A stretch of 64,000 nucleotides of DNA, taken from positions 1,024,001 through 1,088,000 of the forward strand of contig OY762209.1 in assembly GCA_963665295.1 (NCBI GenBank), given 5' to 3'. The position numbers and the translations under genes were made by a program. Origin of the DNA: Syntrophorhabdaceae bacterium. Its GTDB lineage: Bacteria; Desulfobacterota; Syntrophorhabdia; Syntrophorhabdales; Syntrophorhabdaceae. Within the stretch, counting starts at the first letter, position 1, and each line of letters begins with the position of its first letter. Under the pieces are notes generated by a model, which saw only the letters and a program-made list of their open reading frames with translations, ran no database searches and was not told where the DNA came from. Below, piece after piece: positions 19,901 through 27,952 of this stretch.

Positions 19901-20917
19901 TACCGTGGTGAACCGTCCTTCAGGGTTTGACTGGAACATGCCCAGGATCGAGTGGTCGAAAATGTTACGGTATTTCTCTTCACTCTGCCGGAGGGCCTCC
20001 TCCGCCTCCTTACGGGACGATATATCTTCCGCCGTCCCGTCGTAGTATATGATCTTCCCGTCCGCATCCTTCGCGGTACGGACGTTTATGGAGACCCACA
20101 CCTTGCTCCTGTCCTTCCTGTAGAACTGGGTCTCGAACCGTTCCACAAAACCTTCCCGTTCCATAAGTTCACGGACCCTCGCCCGGTCTTCGGGATTGAC
20201 ATAAAGTTGGGATCCCACGTGGCTGATGCTCTCCGTCAGTTCTCGGGCAGTGTCATATCCGTAAATCCTCGCAAGGGCAAGATTGGAACTCAACAGGGAC
20301 CCGTCCGGCGCGGTCCGGAAGATGCCGAGCACGGCGTTTTCGAAGATATTGCGGTATCTGGTCTCGCTCTCCGCCAGGGCCGCCTCCGCAGTCTTCTGCT
20401 CCGTTATATCTTCGAGGGTCTCGATGGCCCCTATTGTTTCCCCTGCGGGGTCCCTTATGGCCGCCGCGGTCAGGTAGAACCACTTCACCTCCCCGCCGGT
20501 CATGACGTAAGAGCCCACTCCCTCAAAAGCATCGTCCGTAAATCGTGATTTCTCGTACCGCTCGGTGTACTCCCCGGTAGTGGCCTTCCCCTTCCGGTCC
20601 ACGAGGAAGTCGGCAAGGCACGGGGTCTCTTCCCGGTAAAAGGGTTTCCAGTGATCCTTCGTTCCCATCACATCCCGGGCGCTCATGCCCGTGACCGCCT
20701 CCAGGGCCCTGTTCCAGAGGACCACCTTGTGGTCTTTGTCGATAATAAACTGGGGGATGGGCGATCGGTCTATCACCAGACGGTTGACCAGACGGTCTGC
20801 GCCGCCGGAGGAGACCGGCGCCTCCGCGCCTCCCTCGGTCGCCCTATTCCCCCGTTTCGCACGAAGTTCCATGAGTTCCGTGATAAGCTCTTCACGTGTT
20901 TTATCTTCGTCCCTCAT
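16967..20917 (-). CDS. Hybrid sensor histidine kinase with seven PAS domains and a receiver domain
   Basis: Seven PAS/PAC units ending in DIT/DVT-like motifs; AGGVAHDFNN H-box; NLATNARDAM, DTGVG, FEPFFTTK, GTGLGL; C-terminal REC domain. Confidence 0.93.
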   Translation of the reverse strand: MRDEDKTREELITELMELRAKRGNRATEGGAEAPVSSGGADRLVNRLVIDRSPIPQFIIDKDHKVVLWNRALEAVTGMSARDVMGTKDHWKPFYREETPCLADFLVDRKGKATTGEYTERYEKSRFTDDAFEGVGSYVMTGGEVKWFYLTAAAIRDPAGETIGAIETLEDITEQKTAEAALAESETRYRNIFENAVLGIFRTAPDGSLLSSNLALARIYGYDTARELTESISHVGSQLYVNPEDRARVRELMEREGFVERFETQFYRKDRSKVWVSINVRTAKDADGKIIYYDGTAEDISSRKEAEEALRQSEEKYRNIFDHSILGMFQSNPEGRFTTVNAAFAQMAGYASPEDMVSTITDIPSQLYVEKEDREVFEKLLLEEDLARTFEVRFQRKNGSIFWARVNARAVRTPGGRVVRYEGTLEDVTERRRTERALKESEERYRVAIESSNDGIVLLKGEEPLYVNRRFVEMFGYGSPAEITGIPLSVVVGAEDVTWVKDIDSRRQGGDSDPQGYAFRGRRRDGTPIDIEVTATSIIYRRAPATLAYLRNVTEHKRAEEALKKSEEKYRNIFENAVEGIFQSTPEGRFLSANPALARMYGYGSAEELLNSVADIESQMYVDPVDRIRLKKLYEKNGFVSNFEIELYRKDRSTMWISMNAHAVADEKGKTICYEGTAEDITERKHAEQALRRSEATLRSVFSAAPVGIVITNVERMPGWVNEGMTSITGYTSQEQKEKGARLFYASDEEYARVGRAVWGGIRKGGVGITDTKWVHKNGETRDVHLRGAAIDPKDISAGLVFTAVDVTSQKRSEQALLESEEKYRTVVENSIVGVYIIQDRLFRFLNKRFCEIYGYAFEELVDKVSPVDLTHPEDKKFVEDNIRKRITGEVPNIEYSHRAIRKDGRVITLKILGSFITYNGRPAISGTVIDITREKSLEFQLLQSQKMEAIGMLAGGVAHDFNNILTTMTGYGTLLQMKMGKEDPLQTYVAHILSASQKAAGLTGSLLAFSRQQPLSLSPVNINDVLRGTTSLLKRLLTEDVVLKTELSDEDLIVMADTTQMDQILFNLATNARDAMPRGGALTIRTRAIDLDRESVGTYGIDRPGKYAVLSVSDTGVGMDKKTRNRVFEPFFTTKEVGKGTGLGLSTVYGIVTQHDGYITVYSEPNMGTTFHIYFPVVDIPAPVELPVPEEIAHGKETILLAEDNEEVRRLIREVLARYGYNVIEAADGNEAVEKFGLNKSVIDLLILDSVMPGKNGRAAYDEIATINPEVKVFFMSGYTKDIILDKGIEDRRFDFLSKPVTPIELLKKVRQVLDR

Positions 20918-21087
20918 TGCCCGTCCCCTGTGCCTGCCATTAGACTTGATAAGATTATACTATATTTTTGGGATTTGTGGGACCTGACAAGGACCCTTTG
21001 CAGAATACCTTTGTTCCATGGTGCTTGCCGGAACGGGAGGCGGCACGACTGTGTCGCCCCTATTTGCCGAGGGATGAAATACATAAC

Positions 21088-21117
21088 GCCCCTGCGCGTT
21101 GCTGCCTCGCAGGGGCG
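21088..21117 (-). terminator. Hairpin, probable terminator of the lipoprotein gene
   Basis: GCCCCTGCG...CGCAGGGGC inverted repeat downstream of the gene. Confidence 0.45.
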
Positions 21118-21148
21118 GTTTCGTTTTGAACTGGGGAAGCCCCGCAGC

Positions 21149-22399
21149 CTAATCCTTTTTCAGATACACCAGGTCCGTGGGCGAGAAATTTCCCCCCTTG
21201 ACCGATGTAGCCCAGGACGCGTCGACTCCGAAGAGTTCCGATACCTTGAGTTCCCCTTTATAGGTCCCCTTGGTCTTGCCCAGAGGCATGCGGGTCTTTG
21301 AATCAATGATCTGCTCCCCGGGGGAGTAGACTTCGAGAATGGCGTCTTTATCGAGGCCCGACTGTCTGCCTGCGTTGATGTAAACCTTGCCGTTTTCCAG
21401 GGATGCGATCCTTGCATGCCAGTCGATGGTGAGGATGCTCTTAAGAAGGTCATCCGCAATAATCTCGATGGACAGGTCTATGGCCCTTATCTTCGCCTTC
21501 TCGGTGGAAAGGTCTCCCTTCTCCCTGGAGAGGAATACGGGATTTCTTCCGGAGAGCTGTTTAAGTATGGTCCCTGTCTCCGTATTGTAGACCTCGAGGC
21601 CCATCTTCGATATGGCGAATGAGGTCTCTCTGTCGTCTTTCCCTTCTATCTTGGAAGTGCTCGTGAAGATATCGGAGAGAGTACCCTTCAACACTGCCTG
21701 CACCCCGTAGACCTCGTTCAAAACCTTCATGTTCGCAGGGTCGGTGAGAGAACCCTTGAGGTTCGTGGTTCCGGGGTCGATGCAGATAATGGCGTTCGTA
21801 TTCTCCAGCCGAGAGATGAGTCTCCTTGTGGCGAGTTCTCCCAGGTGCTCTGTCTTGTAATTCGTCTGGTCCGTGATGGGAAGGACGATGACCCGCCTTT
21901 TCATCTTGGGTGACGGGTAGGTGAAGGAAAGCATGGGAGTAGGCATGTATCCCATTCCCGCGGGAAGGGAACCCATCTGCGCGGGGTAGGCCATCTGGGG
22001 GGCAATGCCCTTCTTCCTGTAGTCTTCTTCGAGTTTGGCGAGACGCGCTTCAAGTTCTTCCCTATCCTTCTTGGTGCTCCCTGTGACCGCCGACATGACC
22101 GTCTCTCCGAGACCCGGCACATACTGGTCTTTTCTGACCCATACATATTCCGGCTCGTAGGGGGTGAGCATGTACTTCTTGTTGCGGGTGTAGATGTATT
22201 CTATGCCGTCCAGGACCTTTATGTCGCCCGCCTTGGGTTCCGCCACATCGACGCGCTCAACCTTCTCTTCCTTTGTGGCAGAAGCCGCTTTTGTCGCCTC
22301 CGGCTTCTTCACCGTGGTATCTGTTTTCTTGTTCATGAAGGGTATGTAACTACACGAGAAAACGGAGAAAGCGAGGGAAATGATTATGAGTTTTTTCAT
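21149..22399 (-). CDS. Lipoprotein with CsgG/FlgT-like alpha/beta domain and FlgT-C-like beta domain
   Basis: Lipobox 'MKKLIIISLAFSVFSC'; 'VIVLPITDQT..LKGTLSD', 'VYINAGRQSGL..LEVY..DSKTRMPLG'. Confidence 0.65.
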   Translation of the reverse strand: MKKLIIISLAFSVFSCSYIPFMNKKTDTTVKKPEATKAASATKEEKVERVDVAEPKAGDIKVLDGIEYIYTRNKKYMLTPYEPEYVWVRKDQYVPGLGETVMSAVTGSTKKDREELEARLAKLEEDYRKKGIAPQMAYPAQMGSLPAGMGYMPTPMLSFTYPSPKMKRRVIVLPITDQTNYKTEHLGELATRRLISRLENTNAIICIDPGTTNLKGSLTDPANMKVLNEVYGVQAVLKGTLSDIFTSTSKIEGKDDRETSFAISKMGLEVYNTETGTILKQLSGRNPVFLSREKGDLSTEKAKIRAIDLSIEIIADDLLKSILTIDWHARIASLENGKVYINAGRQSGLDKDAILEVYSPGEQIIDSKTRMPLGKTKGTYKGELKVSELFGVDASWATSVKGGNFSPTDLVYLKKD

Positions 22400-22405
22400 C
22401 ACGTG

Positions 22406-22435
22406 ATTATAATCCATATCGTTTCATAAAGTCAA
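22406..22435 (-). promoter_or_regulatory. Sigma70-type promoter of the lipoprotein gene
   Basis: TTGACT-18 nt-TATAAT on the minus strand, ending 6 nt before ATG 22399. Confidence 0.6.
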
Positions 22436-22527
22436 ACCACCTGTAATGGGTTATTTGTTCAGGTTCGCTAAGTTCCGCATTCGATTCACGGAGAGTTGGG
22501 CTTCCATCATCCTTGGATTGGGTTATC

Positions 22528-22599
22528 TGGAGGTGGCGGGAATCGAACCCGCGACCCCCTCGTTGCGAACGAGATGCTCTCCCTCTGAGCTACACCCCC
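22528..22599 (-). tRNA. tRNA-Ala(CGC), CCA not encoded
   Basis: GGGGGTGTAGCTCAG..TCTCG-TTCGCAA-CGAGG..GGTTCGATTCC..CACCTCCA; G3:U70 Ala identity pair. Confidence 0.95.
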
Positions 22600-22676
22600 T
22601 GATTAGCCACTATAATAGTATGTTCTCTATGCAAATGGCAAGGTTTTTCTTCAGTGCCCTTTTCACCGGCGCCTGT

Positions 22677-23036
22677 CTATAGGTTAAGTATATTCTTTAT
22701 TGTCTGTTTCAACTCTCCCGTATCGGCCGACTTCACCACATACCCATCCGAGACCCAGCTCGAAAAATCCTGCTTGAACTCCCCGTAAGCGGAGCAAAGG
22801 ATCACGGGTTGGTCTTTGTTCTTGTTCTTGATTTCGTTCAGGACCTGTATGCCGTTCATGCCCGGCATCTTTATGTCCAATATGATGAGATCGAAGGTCC
22901 CGGCTGCGGCCTTTTCTATGGCCTCGAGCCCGTTTGAGGCGAGGTCGACTTCGTAGCCCTCGTCTTCAAGTTCCTCCTTGAAAAGAATTCTTATGTTCTC
23001 CTCATCATCAACGACCAAAAGCCTTACAGTTTTCAT
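22677..23036 (-). CDS. Single-domain response regulator
   Basis: LVVDDE, LDIKMPG, 119 aa; overlaps the kinase stop codon. Confidence 0.92.
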   Translation of the reverse strand: MKTVRLLVVDDEENIRILFKEELEDEGYEVDLASNGLEAIEKAAAGTFDLIILDIKMPGMNGIQVLNEIKNKNKDQPVILCSAYGEFKQDFSSWVSDGYVVKSADTGELKQTIKNILNL

Positions 23037-24763
23037 AAAAACTCCTCTGCTATTATATTATTTTGTATGGGGAGATACACCACAAATGTTACGCCCTTCC
23101 CGACCTCGTTCTTTATGTCGAGCCGGCCGTTGTGATTCATGACGATCTTGTTCGATATGGCAAGTCCCAGACCGGTGCCCCTTTCCTTTGTGGTGAAGAA
23201 GGGATTGAAGATGTTGTCCATAATGGCAGGGTCGATTCCTCCTCCCGTATCCGAGATGGAAGCGGACAGGAACCTTTTTCCGTCCACCGATGTCTCGCCC
23301 GTCTCTATGGCTATCTTTCCCTTTCCGTCCATCGCTTCGAAGGCGTTGATCAGGATGTTGATGAGAACCTGCTTGATCTGCTGGCTGTCGCACAATACGG
23401 CGGGCAGATTGTCCCCGTACTTCCTTTCTATCCTTATGTCCTTCCACGTGCTGTCCGGCGTGAAGAGGGAGAGCACTTCATCGAGGGAGGCGTTGATGTC
23501 GCAGGCCCCGGTGAGCACGGGGCTCTCCTTCACGTAACTCAGGATCTCGTTGAGAATTGCCTCGAGGCGCGTCACTTCCTTCAGGATGATCTCCACATAC
23601 CTGCTTTCCGGTTGGTCGAGGTGGGCTTTCTTGGCAAGCCTTTTTGTAAACCCCCCGATGATGACCAGGGGGTTCTTGATTTCGTGGGCGATATTCGCCG
23701 TCATCTCTCCCAGGCTTTTCAGTTTCTCCTGCTCGATGAGCCTTTTCTGGGCGTCGCTCAGCTCCCTGACCACGTCCCTCAGCCGCCTGTTGAGGAGCGT
23801 GTTTTCGAGCCCGTTGGACATGTAGTTGGATATGGTGTTGATGAGGGACCCTCCGTCCTCTTCCGCCACAAAGTACTGCACCTTTGTGGCGCCCATGGTG
23901 ATTGTTCCGATGACCCGGTTTCTCGACAGCATGGGTGAGGTGTGGAGGAAAAACTTGAGAGAGTCCTCTTCATCCTCGGAAAGGCTGTCCTTCAGGGACA
24001 GGGATTTCCTGCCCTTCGCGGAATCCAGCTCCAGGTTGTTGACATAGGCCATTGTCCTGGCGTCTATGGTCCCGTAGGTGAACCTCTGCGAGCCCAGCCT
24101 GAGAAAAGGATACTCCAGCTTGATCGTGACGAATCGGGCGTTAAGGGCCTTGGCGATAATGAGGACGATGGTCTTCAACAACTCCTGCGGCTCCACATCC
24201 GACGTGAGGACCTTGCCGATCTCCGACAGGGTGGCAAGCTCGCTGATCCTTTTCTTGGACTCGAGAATAAGGGAATAGGTGCGAAGGACCCCCCCTATCT
24301 CCCTCGAAAGTATGGCAAGGAGTATCTTGTCCTGGTCCCTGAGGGTATCGCTTGACGAAACCGCCACCAGGACGCCATGGAGGTAACTGTCGTCCGAGAG
24401 GGGCAGGAAGGCGAAGGTCTTGAACTTCGCGGCAAGGCCGTTGAGGTCCGGGTAGAAAAGACAGCCGAACCTCGGCGGGACGTCCCGGGACGTGAAGTAC
24501 TGGGGCGCTCTTCTCTGGGCCACTCCCCCTATGACACCCTCCCCTATGTGGCACCTGTATTTGCTCAGGATCTTGAAGAGGGCGCTTTTATCGTTCATGA
24601 AACGGCACGTAAGCCTTTTGTCCTGATCGAGGGTATAGACGATAACGTCCTCGAAACCCATCCGCTGGGATATGATGTTGAGAATGGCTTTAATCCGGGA
24701 AGATATCTCCAGGTTGGAGTGGGATATCTCTATTACCTTTCCGAAGAGGTCAATGTGGTTCAT
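23033..24763 (-). CDS. GAF-domain sensor histidine kinase
   Basis: Two GAF-like segments (IGEGVIGGVA); AHEIKNPL, NILINAFEAM, DTGGG, FFTTK, GTGLGL. Confidence 0.9.
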   Translation of the reverse strand: MNHIDLFGKVIEISHSNLEISSRIKAILNIISQRMGFEDVIVYTLDQDKRLTCRFMNDKSALFKILSKYRCHIGEGVIGGVAQRRAPQYFTSRDVPPRFGCLFYPDLNGLAAKFKTFAFLPLSDDSYLHGVLVAVSSSDTLRDQDKILLAILSREIGGVLRTYSLILESKKRISELATLSEIGKVLTSDVEPQELLKTIVLIIAKALNARFVTIKLEYPFLRLGSQRFTYGTIDARTMAYVNNLELDSAKGRKSLSLKDSLSEDEEDSLKFFLHTSPMLSRNRVIGTITMGATKVQYFVAEEDGGSLINTISNYMSNGLENTLLNRRLRDVVRELSDAQKRLIEQEKLKSLGEMTANIAHEIKNPLVIIGGFTKRLAKKAHLDQPESRYVEIILKEVTRLEAILNEILSYVKESPVLTGACDINASLDEVLSLFTPDSTWKDIRIERKYGDNLPAVLCDSQQIKQVLINILINAFEAMDGKGKIAIETGETSVDGKRFLSASISDTGGGIDPAIMDNIFNPFFTTKERGTGLGLAISNKIVMNHNGRLDIKNEVGKGVTFVVYLPIQNNIIAEEFL

Positions 24764-26207
24764 GGGCGCTCATGGCTCTATGGTAAAGTTCGAGGTACTC
24801 CTTCGCGGACCTTTCCCATGAGAAATCGGCTTCCATGCATCTTGCCATGAGAGACTTCCACTGGTCCCCGTTTCCGTACACCGTGAGGGCGCGGACAAGG
24901 GCGTCGAGCATGGCCTTCTTTGTATAATCGTAAAACTTGAAACCCGTTCCTCTGTCGGACTCCGAGGTATAATCGATTATTGTGTCTTCCAGGCCACCCA
25001 CACCCCTCACCACGGGAACAGTCCCGTACTTGAGGCTGTAAAGCTGGTTCAACCCGCACGGTTCGTACCTTGAAGGCATGAGGAACATATCCGCGCCCGC
25101 CTCGATCAGGTGGGCAAGGCTGTTGTCATAGGCGATCTTGATGGAGAAGGACCGCGGGAATGCCTTTGCCAGCTCGGTGAACAGTTCGTGGTACTTTCTT
25201 TCGCCGGTGCCGAGGATTATGTACTGGGCGCCGAGACCTACCATTTCCTCCAGGCTCGCGGCGATGAGGTCAAAACCCTTCTGGTCGGCAAGCCTCGATA
25301 TGGTGGCGATAAGGGGGGTCCCCTCCTCCTGGGGTAAGCCGAAGGCCTCCTGGAGCGCCCTCTTGCATACGGCCTTGTTCGCCGCGTCCCCGGCGCTGTA
25401 CTTCGCGGGGAGGAACTCGTCCCTTTCGGGGTTCCAGTCCTCGTAGTCTATCCCGTTTATGATCCCGAAGAGGTCCTTTTTCCGGGTACGCAGAATACCG
25501 TCCAGCCCGTAGCCGAACTCCTGGGTCTGTATCTCCTCGCTGTATTTTCTGCTGACCGTGCTTATGATGTCGGAAAAGATGATCCCGCCCTTGAGGAAAT
25601 TGATGTTGCCGAAGAACTCGAGGTAATCGGGGGTAAAGTATTCCCACCCTATATTGAGGAGGTGCATATCGTGGTGCCAGAATATGCCCTGGTAGCCGAG
25701 ATTGTGGATGGTGAATACGGTAGGGATGTTCGCAAGGATCGGGTCGTCTTTGTAGACGGTCTTGAGAAACACTGTTGCGAGGGCCGTTTCCCAGTCATTG
25801 CAGTGGAGCACGTCGGGTACGAACCCCGTGGCCTTTATGGCCTCAAGAATGCTCTTTGAGAAGAATATGAACCTCTCCGCGTTGTCCAGGTAGTCCCCGT
25901 CGGGGGTGCTGTAGAGATAGTCCCTGTAAAAATACTCGTCCTTCTCCACCAGATATGCGGTGACCCCGTCATACCGGCTCTCCACTATCTCGCCTTCCAC
26001 CATGGACTGGGATACCTGACACGAGACCTTGAGGTTCTTATATTCCATGGGGAACTTGTTTTCTTCGATCCCCTTGTGCTTCGGCAGTATTACCCGAACC
26101 TCCGCTCCCAGCTTATTGAGTGCCTTCGGGAGAGCGCCGGTAACGTCGGCAAGGCCGCCTGTCTTCACAAATGGGAATATCTCCGGAGACGCGATCAGCA
26201 CCTTCAT
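24750..26207 (-). CDS. glgA: Glycogen synthase
   Basis: KTGGLADV, HCNDW, FTIHNLGYQG, GIINGID, PSRYEPCGLNQL; start re-assigned to MKVLIAS. Confidence 0.96.
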   Translation of the reverse strand: MKVLIASPEIFPFVKTGGLADVTGALPKALNKLGAEVRVILPKHKGIEENKFPMEYKNLKVSCQVSQSMVEGEIVESRYDGVTAYLVEKDEYFYRDYLYSTPDGDYLDNAERFIFFSKSILEAIKATGFVPDVLHCNDWETALATVFLKTVYKDDPILANIPTVFTIHNLGYQGIFWHHDMHLLNIGWEYFTPDYLEFFGNINFLKGGIIFSDIISTVSRKYSEEIQTQEFGYGLDGILRTRKKDLFGIINGIDYEDWNPERDEFLPAKYSAGDAANKAVCKRALQEAFGLPQEEGTPLIATISRLADQKGFDLIAASLEEMVGLGAQYIILGTGERKYHELFTELAKAFPRSFSIKIAYDNSLAHLIEAGADMFLMPSRYEPCGLNQLYSLKYGTVPVVRGVGGLEDTIIDYTSESDRGTGFKFYDYTKKAMLDALVRALTVYGNGDQWKSLMARCMEADFSWERSAKEYLELYHRAMSAHEPH

Positions 26208-26221
26208 GTGAACCCCCTTCT

Positions 26222-27223
26222 CTATATAGTTGTTTCCCTCAGATACTCGGTAGCTTCTTCGGGCGGAGTAGGATTTATGTAGAAACCGGTCCCCCATTCA
26301 AATCCCGCCATCTTGGTCAGTCTCGGGATGATCTCCATGTGCCAGTGGTAGTGCTGCATCTCGCCGTTCCCGAAGGGCGCCGTATGGATCATAAAGTTGT
26401 ACGGCGGCGAGTTAAGTACCTTGTTGTACTTCCTGAGGATGGTGGAAAGCGCCTCGGCGGCCGCATAGAAGTGGTCCTCCTTCTCTCTCGTCACGAAGTA
26501 AGGCTCATGTTTCTTCGGCAGGATCCAGGTTTCAAAGGGGAACCGGGACGCGTACGGCGAGATGGCCATGAAGTGTGCGTTTTCGAATACGACCCGCACG
26601 CCGTCTTCCTTCTCCTGGGCCATTATATCGCAAAAGATACAGCGGTCTTTATACCGGTAATACGAGAGGCCGCCGTTTATCTCCTCGAGCACCCTCTTGG
26701 GGACGATAGGAAGGGCTATCAACTGCGAGTGCGAGTGGTCAAGGGATGCCCCCGCGATGGAGCCGTGGTTTTTGAAAACCATGACGTACTTGAACCTTTT
26801 GTCTTTTGCGAGGTCGAGCACCCTCTCCTTGTAAGCCACAAACACATTCTCGATTGCTTCCGTCTCCATGCCCGACAGGGTTTCGCCATGGACCGGCGTC
26901 TCGACGATCACCTCGTGGGCGCCGACACCGTTCATCCTGTCATAGAGCCCTATGCCCTGCTTGTCCAACCCGCCCTCGATCCTGAGGGCCGGGAATTTGT
27001 TCGGCACCACCCGGAGCGTCCACCCCGGGGTGTTAGGCGGAGAAAAGTCCCTTCTCACCGCATACAATTCGCCGGGGGTCATATTCTCGTTGCCCGGGCA
27101 GAGAGGGCACATGCCCGCCTTGGGCGGCGGCGCCTCTTCCGTAAAGAACAGTGGTCTCTTTCCTCTTTCTGTGGAAATTATGACCCACCTGTCAATAATT
27201 GGGTCCTTTCTCAACTCAGGCAT
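26222..27223 (-). CDS. galT: GalT-family nucleotidyltransferase (galactose-1-P uridylyltransferase-like)
   Basis: ELRKDP..WVII..R.KRP, CPLCPGNE, NKFPAL, GAHEVIVE, GASLDHSHSQ, AGFEWGTG. Confidence 0.88.
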   Translation of the reverse strand: MPELRKDPIIDRWVIISTERGKRPLFFTEEAPPPKAGMCPLCPGNENMTPGELYAVRRDFSPPNTPGWTLRVVPNKFPALRIEGGLDKQGIGLYDRMNGVGAHEVIVETPVHGETLSGMETEAIENVFVAYKERVLDLAKDKRFKYVMVFKNHGSIAGASLDHSHSQLIALPIVPKRVLEEINGGLSYYRYKDRCIFCDIMAQEKEDGVRVVFENAHFMAISPYASRFPFETWILPKKHEPYFVTREKEDHFYAAAEALSTILRKYNKVLNSPPYNFMIHTAPFGNGEMQHYHWHMEIIPRLTKMAGFEWGTGFYINPTPPEEATEYLRETTI

Positions 27224-27283
27224 GCGTCACTCCAAGAAACGATATTTTGACATGGTGCAAACCACGTGGTAAGACATTTCCCG

Positions 27284-27946
27284 ATGATACCGATCAGGGA
27301 CAACATCCCTACAAATACATATCCCATTATAACCACAACCATCATCGTTGTAAACACGTTAGTTTTTATCATGCAAAAACTATACCTTAATGTGCCCGAG
27401 GGTGAGGTGCTCTACCGGCACTATGGCTTGATCCCACGCGAATTCCTTCTCTCCGTGGTTTCGAGGTGGGACCTTATCCCCTATAATGTGCTTACCGTCT
27501 TCAGTTCCATGTTTCTCCATGGCGGATTTCTCCACATTATCGGCAACATGCTTTATCTGGCCATATTCGGCAACAACGTGGAAGACGTGCTGGGCCATGG
27601 ACGATTTCTCTTGTTCTACCTCGTTTCCGGCATGGTCGCCTCCGCCTTTCAGATCTTTTACGACCCCTTGTCCGGAATCCCCATCATCGGCGCAAGCGGT
27701 GCAGTGTCCGGCGTGCTCGGGGCCTACCTTGTCCTCTTCCCTTTCGCCCGGGTGAAGACGGTGCTCTTCATTTTAATCTTTATCAAAATAGTCGAGTTAC
27801 CTGCCATACTGCTGCTCACGGTTTGGTTTCTCATGCAGATACTTTTTTCCTATGGCGAGAGCGTTGCGTGGTATGCCCACATAGGCGGTTTCATCTTCGG
27901 GCTCGTGACGGTGAAAATCTTCAGCCTCGGGCGGAAGCGGAAATAG
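27284..27946 (+). CDS. Rhomboid family intramembrane serine protease
   Basis: MIPIRD, SMFLHGG..HIIGNMLYL.IFGNNVED, GASGAVSG, AHIGGF. Confidence 0.93.
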   Translation: MIPIRDNIPTNTYPIITTTIIVVNTLVFIMQKLYLNVPEGEVLYRHYGLIPREFLLSVVSRWDLIPYNVLTVFSSMFLHGGFLHIIGNMLYLAIFGNNVEDVLGHGRFLLFYLVSGMVASAFQIFYDPLSGIPIIGASGAVSGVLGAYLVLFPFARVKTVLFILIFIKIVELPAILLLTVWFLMQILFSYGESVAWYAHIGGFIFGLVTVKIFSLGRKRK

Positions 27947-27952
27947 GGTGGA

